Below, in pieces: positions 10,288-21,517 of a stretch of 64,000 nucleotides of DNA. Both the position numbers and the translations under genes were made by a program. Source of the stretch: Candidatus Spongiisociaceae bacterium (GTDB lineage Bacteria; Actinomycetota; Acidimicrobiia; Spongiisociales; Spongiisociaceae); the NCBI GenBank assembly GCA_965262915.1, contig OZ253564.1, positions 1,376,001 to 1,440,000 of the forward strand. Direction: 5' to 3'. Every line of letters starts with the position of its first letter. Position 1 is the stretch's first letter. Under the pieces are notes generated by a model that was given only the letters and a program-made list of their open reading frames with translations, made no database searches and had not been told where the DNA came from.

Positions 10288-10527
10288 TCTCCGGCAGGTC
10301 ACCAGATGCGGCCGATACCCGCAAACGCGGGAGCTCGTCACTAGCCCGGTCTCCGCTGACCATCGTTGACCATGTTAACCGTCGCATATTCGACCGTGTT
10401 ATGCACGACTCGGACGGCCCTACCCCAAAACCGCCATCTACCTGGGGAAACGCCGCAGGCGCGGCTTTACATGATGTCTGTTATCGGACACCGGCGTCCC
10501 CGGCATCAGCCTCCGGAGAAGGCGTCG
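10288..10527 (+). repeat. Non-coding module B, copy 1
   Basis: ggtctccgctgaccatcgttgac...ctacctgggga...gatgtc..ttatcggac; copies at 50555-50778(+) and 51914-52100(-). Confidence 0.85.
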
Positions 10528-11324
10528 CGGATTGCATCACAAAGCCACGGCTCCTGCCCGCAGAACCAACTCTTCAAAAGTAGGGAAAGAACGACTGCCA
10601 AAGCGATGAGCCCCAATGTGCCGATTACCCGCCACGACACGAACCCAGGCCACCACAGGAGAGGTGGCCGTCTCGATTCCCACTCCGGGATGACCAGGTC
10701 GACGTCGTTGTCGTGGTCACTCAACGGCGGCGTGATCCTCTCAGAGGTCTGAGAACCGGACCCGCCGGTAGGTGTGATGTAGTCGAGGAGCCGGTCTTTC
10801 ACATCCCAAGCCTTGGCAAAGAGATCCTCGACCCGCTCTACCGCCTCATCCACCTCCCCAGCAGCGATCTCAGCGACCATCTCCGCGTTGCGATACAAAC
10901 CCTGATGGGCGAGGTTCGCCGATCCGCTCAGCACGGCAGAGCGGGGAACGTCATAAGCAACCCACACTTTCAGGTGTGCTTCAGAGGCCCCACCACGCTT
11001 CTTGTACCAATTTCGGACTACCACATCCGACCGCTCCAAGAAAGCGACTGCTTCGGCACGGTCCTCCGCTTTCGCATGCTTGAAGTACTTAGGCCGGCAG
11101 TCGCCTATAAGAAGCCGCACCCTGCGGTCCCCCGTTCTACGAGCAAGCCAGGCGATCCCCGGCACGCTGCTGTACCCAACCGCGACCGTTAACGGCACCC
11201 CAGGACGATCATCCAAAACTTCTCGATACGGGTAGCTGCCGTCCGATCCATAACCCCCCACTCCTCCTACATTCGACTCGGCAGAGAGTAGACACCCCGA
11301 CAGGCCGACTCCTTCCACCCCCAA
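10506..11324 (-). CDS. Phospholipase D-like (single HxK) nuclease-family protein with C-terminal transmembrane helix; start uncertain
   Basis: Motifs VAVGY, LLIGD, HLKVWV and SGSANL...GLYRNAE, then hydrophobic VIGTLGLIALAVVLSLLL. Confidence 0.7.
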   Translation of the reverse strand: MGVEGVGLSGCLLSAESNVGGVGGYGSDGSYPYREVLDDRPGVPLTVAVGYSSVPGIAWLARRTGDRRVRLLIGDCRPKYFKHAKAEDRAEAVAFLERSDVVVRNWYKKRGGASEAHLKVWVAYDVPRSAVLSGSANLAHQGLYRNAEMVAEIAAGEVDEAVERVEDLFAKAWDVKDRLLDYITPTGGSGSQTSERITPPLSDHDNDVDLVIPEWESRRPPLLWWPGFVSWRVIGTLGLIALAVVLSLLLKSWFCGQEPWLCDAIRDAFSGG

Positions 11325-12443
11325 TAACGGAAGGGATGTCCGTTGCTCGATGCGGTTGACCTGGTCAGAATGCCGGGAGTTGGGGGTAGTCGGAACAGCG
11401 GCGGGAAGGGACGGGACGGCCTAGGCCTCGACTTTTGGTCCGAGCCGCCAGTTTCGGGCGGTAACACCCCAGAAACAGTGTTCGGAACGTTAACCAACAC
11501 AACCCAAAGGTCTAGAAGCCGTTTTGGGGGCCGGGAGATCCCGCCCACGATCTGAACACCCTACGGACGCCAGTTTGCACAACAACACCCAGACGGGGGA
11601 GGCACACCAGGGCGGGCCCCCGCCCCGGCAGGACGCGTCGAAGTTGGTGGACCTCTCCACGCTCGAAACCGAATCGTTAGCCCTGCGTAACGCCGCTGCT
11701 ATCTGAAAACCCTCAAGGAAGGCTGCCTCAGCCGTCCCCTTCGAGTACCTGCCTGCACCCTGCCGTCAGCTGACCCATCGGGCAGCCTCGTGCGTAGGCA
11801 ACGGCCCCCGCCGTTTGGAAGTCCCCGATACTGAGCATCCCCTGCGCCGGCGGTTCATCCTCGGCCGGGTCGGTTCCACCACGCCGGCGAGGACCTCGAC
11901 GGAGATGACCAGTAGCGCTGGCTGTCCTAAGACGCCCGAACCGGCCTGACTGCCCCATGAGCCCCTCCAGCGGAGGGGTCGTCATAGCCAACAGCCAGCT
12001 AACTTGGCTGTAGCAGCGGCAGCCGAGTGGTGAAGTCCCACGGCTAATACCACGTTGCGGCGGGGGAGCACCCCGATATCGGCCTCCGAACACCCGCCAA
12101 CCCGGCGCCGAAACGAAAGGCATTACCCCGAGTCAAGTCCGGTCACGGAGGGTCGGATGACCGAGCGACACATCGAGGACTCGCAGCAGCCACCGACGCC
12201 CTGAACGCAGCCCCCCGGCGGCGCTATGAGGCCCTCTCCGCCGCGCTCGACGCCGGGCGGCCCCAGCAGGACGTGGCGGCTGTGGCCGGTATGTCCCCGC
12301 CTGCGCCGTCCCCGATGATCCGCCAGGAGATCGACGGGCAGTCGTAGGGTGGTCTTGATGGAGGCTCTGGCCGTGGTGGAGGTGACACGACCGGCACGCT
12401 CCGGCGAACTGCGCCGTAGCCAAGCGCCAGGCCAATGCTGGCG

Positions 12444-12752
12444 TCAGTGCGCCGGAGCCAGGTTGACCGTGATCGTCATGTCGAGGGCTGCTGCGGCCTT
12501 GTGGAGGGTCGTGAGCGTGGCGCTCGTGCCGCCGGCCTCGAGGCGGGCAACCGCCGCCTGGCTTGTCGACATGCGAGCGGCAAGGTCGCGCTGTGTCAGC
12601 CCCGCGGCTTCTCGCGCGTCGCGGACCTTCTCCCCCACCGCCAGAGCCAAGCGAGCCGCGGCGAGGGCCTCGTCGAACTCGGCGCGCTCGTTGGCGCTCA
12701 TCGTGTTGAGCCGTCTGTCTCGCAACTCTTCAATCGTTGGGCGCGCCATCAC
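12444..12752 (-). CDS. XRE-family HTH antitoxin (HigA-like)
   Basis: VRDAREAAGLTQRDLAARMSTSQAAVARLEAG; overlaps the toxin stop. Confidence 0.85.
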   Translation of the reverse strand: MMARPTIEELRDRRLNTMSANERAEFDEALAAARLALAVGEKVRDAREAAGLTQRDLAARMSTSQAAVARLEAGGTSATLTTLHKAAAALDMTITVNLAPAH

Positions 12753-13087
12753 TCCTCCTCGGGTGTGTGTCCTTCAGCAAGGCACCGTCTCATCGCCCGG
12801 CGAGCGCGCCGGACTTCGGCCCGCTCGTTCTGCCTCTGCTTGCGGAACGTCGTCAACAGAACGATCCGCCGGTCGTCCGCGAAGTAGAACGTGACCCGCC
12901 GCGCGACACGGCCGAGGTCGACCCGAAGCTCGAAGAACCCGCCGCCGAGCGCACGCGAGGCCGGGAACCGCAGACGGCTGCCGTCCTCGGCGAGTCGTTC
13001 GACGGCCGCCACCACCTTCGCGAATTCTCTCACGGAGAGCGATTCGATCCATTGCTCGACTTCCGGTTCGACCTCCACCAACCACAT
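12749..13087 (-). CDS. RelE/HigB (Gp49-like) type II toxin
   Basis: LRFPASRALGGGFFELRV...RVTFYF...IVLLTTFRKQ; toxin-first order; operator-like tgacatca-acaa-tgatatca at 13087-13106 and TTGACA upstream. Confidence 0.85.
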   Translation of the reverse strand: MWLVEVEPEVEQWIESLSVREFAKVVAAVERLAEDGSRLRFPASRALGGGFFELRVDLGRVARRVTFYFADDRRIVLLTTFRKQRQNERAEVRRARRAMRRCLAEGHTPEEE

Positions 13088-13199
13088 GACATCAACAATG
13101 ATATCAAACGCCTCGCCAGATCTGTCAAGATGATCTACGCGACAGACCGCGACGACACGAGTACGGGCGGAACCCCGGAACAGTGCCCCACTACCCCAC

Positions 13200-13403
13200 C
13201 AAACGCGCAGGGCCTCTCATTTCCGAAGAGCCGAGAAACGTCAAGCGGTGCGGTTCAACTCACCCACCGACCTGGACGCTGTCGCCGCAGCCCTCAACAG
13301 TCGACCCCGCAAAGCCCTCAACTGGAAGACCCCCGCCGAGACCCTTAACGAACACCTACACTCCCTCAAACAAGGCAGTGTTGCAACGACCCCTTGAACC
13401 TGG
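13200..13403 (+). mobile_element. IS30-family 3' end remnant
   Basis: Similar to the reverse complement of 42335-42540; ends tgttgcaacgaccccttgaacctgg. Confidence 0.8.
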
Positions 13404-13720
13404 TCAATTCACCTCGAGGGCCACCGCCCAGTTGCGCCGGGCATATGGCATCGCACAGTCGGTGGGACGGACCGGGGTGTGCTGGGACAACGCCGCCGCC
13501 GAATCGTTTCTCGGCACCCTCAAGAAAGAACTCGTCAACCGAAACAACTACCGCACCCGCCACCAGGCCCGCCTATCAATCCGGTACTGGATCGAAGCCT
13601 GGTACAACCCCCGCCGGCTTCACTCCACCATCGGACAACAGCCACCAAACGAATGGGAGGACAACTACTACCATCACACGGCCGTATAAACCAAGTGTCC
13701 AGCACATGGGGGGAACTCCA
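13404..13720 (+). mobile_element. IS3-family remnant (integrase core C-terminus plus right end)
   Basis: QFTSR...QSVGRTGVCWDNAAAESFLGTLKKE...WYNPRRLHSTIG; ends gggggaactcca. Confidence 0.85.
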
Positions 13721-13860
13721 CTCCGTCAGCCGCCAACGACTCAATCGCCGACCGATGAACCCCCGCCGCATCCAAATCAGAAAACCCCTCAGACACAGCG
13801 CCGGCAGCACCCACCCGCAACACCGAACCCATCACAACAACCACCGTAGCCACTAGTCTC
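13721..13860 (-). pseudogene. N-terminal fragment of an S-layer homology (SLH) domain protein, truncated by IS3
   Basis: Hydrophobic leader, then GFSDLDAAGVHRSAIESLAADGV, an SLH start. Confidence 0.55.
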
Positions 13861-14439
13861 ACACGGCAGCGAGAAACCGAAGTAGGCGCTGCCTTCAACA
13901 CGGTGCTGGCTTTCTGAGTATTCTCAATTGAGCATGACCCCCCAATGGCGAGAATCCCAAGATGCACGGTGAACAATCGAAGCAGGGCGCCGCTGACCCT
14001 GTGATTGTTTAGCACCCAAGACCTCCTACTAATAAGGTCGATACCTGCGAAAGGCTACACCGTCTTTAGTTTCCATGAAAGGACTGCGCTGACCTCTTCT
14101 TACGATCCATCTATACAGGTACGGCGATACAAATGACCCAATATATAAGTATCTAATAGAGGGTGAATCCCTACCACGCCGACGGTTCAGATCTACTCTA
14201 TGATGTGGGGACCGGGACCCTGCCTTTTGGCTATCATCGCTAGCCTACGTTGATCTTCCGGTTGGAGCGATAGATCTGTTCGTACTCGATGTGGTTGTTT
14301 CGGTTCCTCCCGGATGGAGACATCAAGGATACACGCAAATCAACCCTGTTGGGTATGTTCCGGTCTGTATCGGTCGGGAGAGGTGATACATTGTGGTGCA
14401 ACGCCACTACGACACATAGCTCATTCCCGTAACAGTGGG

Positions 14440-14745
14440 GTCGCCCGCAGCCTCAGCGACGGCGACGGGCGGGTATTCCCGTCCCCGGCCACCGGTCGGG
14501 CGCTGACCAACGAGGCGTTCCCGAAACTGATGCGAGAACTCGACATCAACGGCACCGCCCACGGCATGCGAACCGCGTTCCGGTCCTGGGCCGCTGAACA
14601 CGGCGTAAGCCGCGAGGTCGCCGAGGCATGCTTGGCCCACGTCGTCAAGGGCGTCGAGGGCGCCTACCAGCGCTCGGACCTGCTCGCGGCCCGTGCCGAG
14701 GTCATGCAGCGATGGGCCCGCTATGTCAGCGGGAAGGGTGCATGA
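14440..14745 (+). pseudogene. C-terminal fragment of a P4-type tyrosine integrase
   Basis: TAHGMRTAFRSWAAE...VAEACLAHVVKGVEGAYQRSDLL; paralogous to 35443-36594. Confidence 0.8.
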
Positions 14746-14779
14746 CAACGCATCGGCTCGGCCACGCCGCGGTCAAACT

Positions 14780-15798
14780 TCACCGTCCCGCCGTGGTGAC
14801 GGCGGGACTGAGCCCGCGGTCGACCAAGTCCTGATCGCGCCAGTCGTAGATCGTCTGGCTCGACACACCGAGCTTCTCGACGATTTCAGCCATCGGTCTC
14901 CCAGCCTCGACCAGATCCAAGACCTTGCGCCAGAACTCAGCCGGATGCCTCATCGGCACCAGCTCGTTGTGCTCCGGAGGCTGGGCCGCACACTCGGACG
15001 CGAACTCAGACGCCACGGACTACAACGTCGGCACAGCCGCACTGGCAAAGAATGGGTCGGTATCAGACTACGCCGCGACCCACCTCACCTAACCGGCAGA
15101 GCCCGTGACCGTTTGGTGACCGATTCCCACCAGTGCGAAATAGCCTCTGACTAGGGGATTGTGACTGTGAATCGCCCTGAGTTTCCCGGAGACTGATGGT
15201 TGCTCGGCATGGACCCGCAGCGCCCCATAGGTACCGCGTGACTGTTGGTGGATCTGGTGGATGAGATCAGTTAGCCAGGCGTGGGGGATGGAGCGGGCCG
15301 AAGGCGGCCGTGTCCTCCAGGCGTAGAACCCGGACTCTGACACCTCGAGCACCCGGCACGCCACCCGGGTGGGTAGTCCCTCGGTTTTCATGGTCTGGAT
15401 CGCTTCGAACCGTCTTTCGGGGGCACCACCTGGGCTTTCAGCAGTTCGTTGGCCCGCTTGGTGACGGCCAGTTCTGTCTCCAACTCGATGATCCGACGCC
15501 GGGCCGCCCGCAGTTCCTCCTGCTCCACAGAAGTGAGACCGGGTTCGAGGCCACGGTCAACAGCGTCCTGGCGTCGCCAGTCCTAGATCGTCTGATCCGA
15601 CACACCAAGATCGGCAGACAAGGACACCACCGACCTGCCAGCCGCTAACAGATCCAGGACTTTGCGGCGGAACTCGGGTGGATATCGATACGGCGCCAAG
15701 ACCCCTCCTTTTGCGGGTCAGGACACCACCAATCCAAATATCCCGACTCCACGAAAGTGGGTAACCATCAGAGCGTCCACCGAAGTGGGTCAACCTCA
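14780..15798 (-). mobile_element. Two degraded IS3-family remnants (orfA and partial orfB)
   Basis: HPAEFWRKVLDLVEAGRP...QTIYDWR and YPPEFRRKVLDLL; orfB fragment VACRVLEVSESGFYAW...SRGTYGALRVHAE; left end tgaggttgaccc at 15798. Confidence 0.75.
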
Positions 15799-15896
15799 CT
15801 ATTGTCCCAGATCAGAGGCACTTTCCGCATCTATCCACCCCCAACACCCCAACATCTATCGGTAGATTCAGGTTCACCATTAGCATCCGCGCCATC

Positions 15897-17114
15897 ATGA
15901 AGACGGTGGATATGGCCATCATCGGCGCCGGTCCCGCAGGCGCGGCCACTGCGATACGCGCCGCCCGCCAGGGTGTCGACACAGTTGTGTTCGACCGGGC
16001 GCCCTATGGCAGGGACAAGGCTTGTGGCGACGGCCTCACGCCGAGGGCGGTGGGCGCCCTGGCCGAGCTGGGGATCGATCTCGGCGAGGCCCACATGATC
16101 GAAGGGCTCCGGATGATCGCCGGCTCCACCGAGCGCGTGCTGCCTTGGCCCGAGACGAGCCGGTTCCCGGCTCACGGGGCCGTCTGGCCTCGTCGCGACC
16201 TTGACGCGGCTCTGATCGATGCGGCGGCGGAGGCGGGCGCCGAGATCATCTGGAGCACCGAGGCGCTCCCGGTATTCGACGGCGAGCAGGTGGTGGGTGT
16301 TGAGGCCGGAGGCGAAAGCTGGTCCGCGGGCATGGTGGTGGCGGCCGGCGGGGCGCCGGGAAAGGTGGCCAGGATGCTGGGCGCAACCCGGGTCGCCGAG
16401 GAGCCCTACGGAGTCGCCATCCGCAGCTACGTTGCTTCGCCTCGTCATGCCGAGAGGTACCTGGAGGCCTGCCTCACCATGCGGGACGCAAGCGGCAATC
16501 CGGTTCCCGGATACGGGTGGATATTCCCCGCAGGTGACGGCACGGTCAATATCGGAGTGGGCGCCCTCTCGACCATGAAGCGGTTCAAGCGCCTCAACCT
16601 CAACTCCCTGCTCGACCTCTACCACGCCCGGGTGAGGAAATCGTGGGGGGTCGGTTCCTATTTGGAGCGGCCCAGAGCCTGGCGCCTACCAATGAGTACC
16701 GCCCGGCGTCACGGTCCCGGATGGGTGGCGGTGGGGGACGCGGCCGGGCTGATCAACCCCATGAACGGTGAGGGCATCGATTACGGCCTCGAGTCGGGAA
16801 TGATCGCCGCCGACCTGTTCGTACGGGATCCGGCCTCCACTCCCGGACTCTACGACCAGATGATCGGCGAACGTTTCGATGCCTTCCTTCGTACCGGCCG
16901 GCGCTTCTCGTTCCTGATCGGCCACCCGGCGATTCTCAGAGCCGGGTTGTACCTGGCTGTGCGGACCCAGGCAACCGCCGGCATCATCTTGCGGGTCATG
17001 GGAAACCTCGTGGACTCGGAATCGCCAGGAGCGGCGGGGAAGGTACTCGCCGCCGCCGACCGGACTCTCGCGGTGGCCGATCCCGTGCTGAGAAGAACCC
17101 GAGCCCGGGGATAG
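15897..17114 (+). CDS. Geranylgeranyl reductase family protein (MenJ-like menaquinone reductase candidate)
   Basis: Motifs IIGAGPAG, RDKACGDGLTPRA, GYGWIFP and VGDAAGLINPMNGEGIDYGLESG. Confidence 0.88.
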   Translation: MKTVDMAIIGAGPAGAATAIRAARQGVDTVVFDRAPYGRDKACGDGLTPRAVGALAELGIDLGEAHMIEGLRMIAGSTERVLPWPETSRFPAHGAVWPRRDLDAALIDAAAEAGAEIIWSTEALPVFDGEQVVGVEAGGESWSAGMVVAAGGAPGKVARMLGATRVAEEPYGVAIRSYVASPRHAERYLEACLTMRDASGNPVPGYGWIFPAGDGTVNIGVGALSTMKRFKRLNLNSLLDLYHARVRKSWGVGSYLERPRAWRLPMSTARRHGPGWVAVGDAAGLINPMNGEGIDYGLESGMIAADLFVRDPASTPGLYDQMIGERFDAFLRTGRRFSFLIGHPAILRAGLYLAVRTQATAGIILRVMGNLVDSESPGAAGKVLAAADRTLAVADPVLRRTRARG

Positions 17115-17199
17115 CCGACCCCGCCCTGATCACCGGCCCCTCGCGACGGGCCACTGGTAGAGTCCGGTAGGGTTCCGGCGAACAGCGAGAGGGCGAGAG

Positions 17200-18387
17200 A
17201 TGGCAGGAATCACCTTCGATGCGGTAGGCAAGATATACGGCGGCGAGACACGGGCGATAGCCGATGTGTCGATAGACGTGGCCGATGGCGAGTTCGTGGT
17301 GCTGGTCGGCCCGTCCGGATGTGGCAAATCGACTCTCCTGCGCATGGTGGCTGGGCTCGAGGAGATAACCGAGGGCACCATCTTCATCGGTGACCGGGTG
17401 GTCAACGATGTGGCCCCCAAAGACCGCGACATCGCCATGGTCTTCCAGAACTACGCCCTCTACCCCCACATGACGGTGCGCGACAACATGGCGTTCGGGC
17501 TGAAGCTGCGCAACACGCCCAAGAAGGAGGTCACAGCCCGCGTAGCCGAAGCAGCCCGGATCCTGGAGATCACCGATTTCCTCAACCGCAAGCCGAGAGC
17601 CCTCTCCGGCGGTCAGCGGCAGCGGGTCGCCATGGGAAGGGCGATCGTCCGGGAGCCGGCCGCCTTCCTGATGGATGAGCCTCTTTCCAACCTCGACGCC
17701 AAGTTGCGAGTCCAGATGCGTTCGGAGTTGGGCTTGTTGCACGCCCGGCTCGGTACCACCACCCTGTACGTCACCCATGATCAGGTGGAGGCCATGACTA
17801 TGGGGGACCGGGTAGCGGTTCTCAAGGCCATCAGCGATGTCGAGTCCAACCTGCAGCAGATCGCGGCGCCCCGCGATCTGTACGACAACCCGGTCAACCT
17901 GTTCGTAGCCGGGTTCATCGGTTCCCCGGCGATGAACTTCGTCTACACCACGGTGAACGCCCGTGGCACCGCCACCTCGCTCGATTTCGGGGGCCACAGC
18001 CTGCCCGTGGATGGCGCTTCCCTTCCGAGGGGAGTCGCTGACAGCGCCGGGAGGGAGATCGTGCTCGGTATCCGGCCGGAGGCGTTCGAGATACGGTCCG
18101 CGGCCGGCGCCGACGGAAGCTCGATGGTGGTGGATATCACCCTGGTGGAGCAGCTCGGCTCGGAGGCCTACGTCCACTTCACGGTGCCGGTGCCGCCGGT
18201 GGTCACCGCTGACATCGAGGCCCTGCTGGCGGACGAGGGCGCCGACAGCAAGTCGCTGGGTGACGAGACCAAGTTCACCGCGAGGATCAATCCCGATCAC
18301 GCTCCGAGGGTCGGCGCCCGTTCCGAGTTGGTGGTCGACACCTCGAAGCTCCACTTCTTCGACCGGGAGACGGGCGACGCTCTATAG
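17200..18387 (+). CDS. Sugar ABC transporter ATP-binding protein (MalK/MsiK family)
   Basis: Walker [42 protein letters not shown] and C-terminal TOBE region. Confidence 0.95.
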   Translation: MAGITFDAVGKIYGGETRAIADVSIDVADGEFVVLVGPSGCGKSTLLRMVAGLEEITEGTIFIGDRVVNDVAPKDRDIAMVFQNYALYPHMTVRDNMAFGLKLRNTPKKEVTARVAEAARILEITDFLNRKPRALSGGQRQRVAMGRAIVREPAAFLMDEPLSNLDAKLRVQMRSELGLLHARLGTTTLYVTHDQVEAMTMGDRVAVLKAISDVESNLQQIAAPRDLYDNPVNLFVAGFIGSPAMNFVYTTVNARGTATSLDFGGHSLPVDGASLPRGVADSAGREIVLGIRPEAFEIRSAAGADGSSMVVDITLVEQLGSEAYVHFTVPVPPVVTADIEALLADEGADSKSLGDETKFTARINPDHAPRVGARSELVVDTSKLHFFDRETGDAL

Positions 18388-18648
18388 GGGGTGGTCAAGA
18401 CCTCCCGTTTGGGACCAACCACTGTCCACCGTTTTGGACCACCACCAGTGTCCTGAGGCGGGATACCAGGGCCGGCAACTTGGGGAGCATGGATCTCCTT
18501 GATGAACGCGCGATCTCTGGGGCCGTGGGACTTGTTCACCTCTCGCTACCTAATAAGTGCGCGAAACTTCTGCGTGCCGCTAGACGGCCTCGCTAGTCTT
18601 GGTATGTCCCGCTGCCAGACGGGCGGCGGCGGAAGGGAGGGAAAGAAA

Positions 18649-19974
18649 ATGGCGCAAATGACTCTTGACGGGTATTTCAAAATCTCAGAGCGTGGATCCT
18701 CGGTAGGAACCGAGGTCCGAGCCGGTGTCACCACATTCCTTGTGATGATGTACATCCTGTTCGTCAATGCCGGAATCCTCGGTGATGCGGGGCTTGACCG
18801 TGCTGCAGTGGCAGCTGGTACGGCGTTGGTAGCGGGGATCCTGACGATTGCCATGGGGGTCTTCTCCAACTATCCGATAGCAATGGCTGCCGGCCTCGGC
18901 CTCAACGCCGCGGTGGCGTATGGCCTGACGGCCCAGGGTCTCTCGATAGAAGGCGCCATGGGGGTCATCCTGTGGGAAGGCATCATCATCACCGTCCTCG
19001 TGGTCTTGGGCTTGCGCGAAGCGGTCATGGAGGCGATACCGGCCAGCCTCAAGTACTCGATAGGTGTCGGCATCGGGCTTTTCATCCTGTTCATCGGGTT
19101 GGTGAACGGTGGCTTGGTAAGAAGCGGCGCGGGCACGATCGTCGAGTTCGTGTTCCCCGACACGTTGGCTCATGGGGCGACCCTGATCGGGTTGCTGATC
19201 GCTGTGGCGCTGCTGGCGAGGAAGGTCAAGGGAGCGATGATCATTACGATCGTCCTCACCACTATCGTGGCCTTGCTGCTCGGAGTCGCCGAATGGCCTA
19301 GCGACGTTGCGGCGTCCGTCAGCCTCGAAACGTTCGGCAGGGTTCACATGGGCAACGTGTGGGTCGAGCTTGGCGCGCTTGGAGCCATCCTGACGATCTT
19401 CACCTTCATGCTGACCGACTTCTTCGACACGATGGGCACGGCCACCGCCATCGTCGAGCAGGCTGAGTTGACCGACGACGAGGGCCGCATCCCGAATCTC
19501 CGTAACCTGTTGCTGGTCGACTCGATCGGTGCGGCGGTCGGTGGTCTGTTCGGGGTCAGCTCGAACACCAGCTATATCGAGAGTTCGGCAGGAGTCTCCG
19601 AAGGAGGCAAGACGGGGCTCACGTCGGTCGTGACCGGTGTGCTGTTCCTGATCGCCATAGTCCTTTCGCCCCTGGCCGCGCTGGTACCCAATCAGGCGAC
19701 AGCGCCGGTATTGATCCTTATCGGTTTCCTGATGGTCGGTCTGCTGAGGCACATCGACTTCACGGATCTCGAAGAGGGTTTCCCGGCCTTGCTGGCCGTC
19801 GTCCTCATGCCCTTGACCTTCTCTATCACCGTCGGTATCGCGGCCGGGTTCGTGGTACACACGCTGATCAAGATCGTGAAGGGTAAGGCAAGCCAGATCC
19901 ACGTCTTGATGTGGATCGTCTCGATCGCCAGCCTGATCTACTTCGGTCAGCAGTGGCTGAGCATGTTCCTGTAA
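18649..19974 (+). CDS. NCS2/AzgA-family purine permease
   Basis: Motifs TEVRAGVTTF, TDFFDTMGT and YIESSAGVSEGGKTGL; many TM helices; RBS agggagg before ATG 18649. Confidence 0.92.
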   Translation: MAQMTLDGYFKISERGSSVGTEVRAGVTTFLVMMYILFVNAGILGDAGLDRAAVAAGTALVAGILTIAMGVFSNYPIAMAAGLGLNAAVAYGLTAQGLSIEGAMGVILWEGIIITVLVVLGLREAVMEAIPASLKYSIGVGIGLFILFIGLVNGGLVRSGAGTIVEFVFPDTLAHGATLIGLLIAVALLARKVKGAMIITIVLTTIVALLLGVAEWPSDVAASVSLETFGRVHMGNVWVELGALGAILTIFTFMLTDFFDTMGTATAIVEQAELTDDEGRIPNLRNLLLVDSIGAAVGGLFGVSSNTSYIESSAGVSEGGKTGLTSVVTGVLFLIAIVLSPLAALVPNQATAPVLILIGFLMVGLLRHIDFTDLEEGFPALLAVVLMPLTFSITVGIAAGFVVHTLIKIVKGKASQIHVLMWIVSIASLIYFGQQWLSMFL

Positions 19975-19993
19975 GCAACGCGTATCCAGTTAC

Positions 19994-20020
19994 GAGAGGG
20001 CGCCTACAGGCGCCCTCTCG
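19994..20020 (+). terminator. Stem-loop between permease and deaminase
   Basis: Perfect 11-bp stem gagagggcgcc-taca-ggcgccctctc. Confidence 0.5.
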
Positions 20021-20108
20021 CTTATTCTGGGGGGTCTTCTTATCGCGACGGCATTGCCCCTGGGTCCGGTGGTCGAGCGGACATCACAACCGAGGAGGAT
20101 CTGAGGGT

Positions 20109-21110
20109 ATGGAGGATTTCGTCCGGGGTCTGCCGAAAGCGGAACTGCATCTCCATATCGAGGGAACTCTCGAACCGGAGTTGATGTTCGAGTTGGCGCA
20201 CCGCAACGATGTGCCCCTGCCGTACGGTTCGGTGGATGAGGTCAGGGCCGCCTACGAGTTCGAAGACCTCCAATCCTTCCTCGACATCTATTACCGGGCC
20301 GCCGCGGTGCTCCGGACCGAAGATGACTTCGCGGACCTGATGTCGGCCTATCTGACCCGGGCGGCTGCCGACGGGGTGCGCCACGCCGAGATCTTCTTCG
20401 ATCCCCAGACACATACCGAGCGGGGGATCGATGTCGGTACGGTGGTCCGCGGATTGGTTCGAGCCCAGGAAGACGCCGCTCCGGGTATCACCTCCACCCT
20501 GATCCTGTGCTTCCTGCGCCATCTGCCGTCCGAAACGGCCGTCGAGGTCTTCGAGGAGGCCCGGCCGTTTCTTGACCATATCCAGGGCGTGGGGCTCGAT
20601 TCCGGCGAGGCGGGCAATCCGCCCGAACTCTTCGCCGAGCCCTACCGGTTGGCTGTTGCGGCGGGTTTGCGGCCGGTGGCCCATGCCGGCGAGGAGGGTC
20701 CGGCGGAGTACGTCAGGGCGGCCCTCGATATCCTGAGCGCCGAGCGGATCGACCACGGGGTGAGAGCCGGCGACGACCCGGAATTGGTCGAGCGACTGGC
20801 CCGGGAGCGGATTCCCGTGACCATGTGTCCCCTCTCGAACCAGAGACTCAAGGTGTTTCCCGACCTCCGCGACCACAACTTGGCGGAGATGATGGACGCC
20901 GGCGTCCTGGTGACCGTCAACTCCGACGACCCCGCCTACTTCGGTGGCTACGTGGGCGATAACTACCTGGCCATCGCCGAGGCCCTGAACCTCGACCGCG
21001 ACCAACTCGTCCAGCTTGCTCGCAACTCGATAGAGGCCTCCTTCCTGCCCGAAGACCGCAAAGCCGTCCTCCAAGACGAGATCACCGGCTACATAGCCTC
21101 CCGCTCCTGA
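20109..21110 (+). CDS. add: Adenine/adenosine deaminase
   Basis: Motifs LPKAELHLHIEGTLEPE, VAHAGEEG, RIDHG and VTVNSDDPAYFGGY; RBS gaggag before ATG 20109. Confidence 0.92.
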   Translation: MEDFVRGLPKAELHLHIEGTLEPELMFELAHRNDVPLPYGSVDEVRAAYEFEDLQSFLDIYYRAAAVLRTEDDFADLMSAYLTRAAADGVRHAEIFFDPQTHTERGIDVGTVVRGLVRAQEDAAPGITSTLILCFLRHLPSETAVEVFEEARPFLDHIQGVGLDSGEAGNPPELFAEPYRLAVAAGLRPVAHAGEEGPAEYVRAALDILSAERIDHGVRAGDDPELVERLARERIPVTMCPLSNQRLKVFPDLRDHNLAEMMDAGVLVTVNSDDPAYFGGYVGDNYLAIAEALNLDRDQLVQLARNSIEASFLPEDRKAVLQDEITGYIASRS

Positions 21111-21188
21111 GGGCCTGCTGCCCGGTCCATCCGTCGCTGTCGCACCCCACCATTATCGTGATGGCGACCAACGGAAGGAGGCGGATCG

Positions 21189-21248
21189 ATGGCCGCTCGC
21201 AGCGGGATAGAGTGGACCGAGGCGACTTGGAACCCGACCACCGGATGA
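21189..21248 (+). pseudogene. N-terminal remnant of a DUF5131 (phage Gp37/Gp68) radical-SAM-like gene
   Basis: aaggagg RBS, then MAARSGIEWTEATWNPTTG*; the stop falls where the conserved Cys is expected. Confidence 0.65.
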
Positions 21249-21517
21249 GGATTCCATGGCCATGCAACACGGGGCGGGTGAACCGGTACTGACCGCCGGG
21301 GAGACCGGATACCGAATCTCCCGGACGCCGTTCGCCTACCGGATGTCATCCCGCGTGCCCGCGCGGGGTCGGCGTCCCCTCCCCGGATAACCGGGCGGAA
21401 CGAGCGGACTCGGTGCTGTCGCACCGGGCAGGTATGGTCTGTCTTGGCACAATGCCTGAGGGAGGGCCATAATCTGGCGGTCTCTTCCATCCTTTTGCTC
21501 ATCCCCGAGGAGTCGTC

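Noticed and set aside
18388-18648. Purine riboswitch upstream of the NCS2 permease
   Set aside because: I could not identify the purine riboswitch core; a cmscan against Rfam would settle it.
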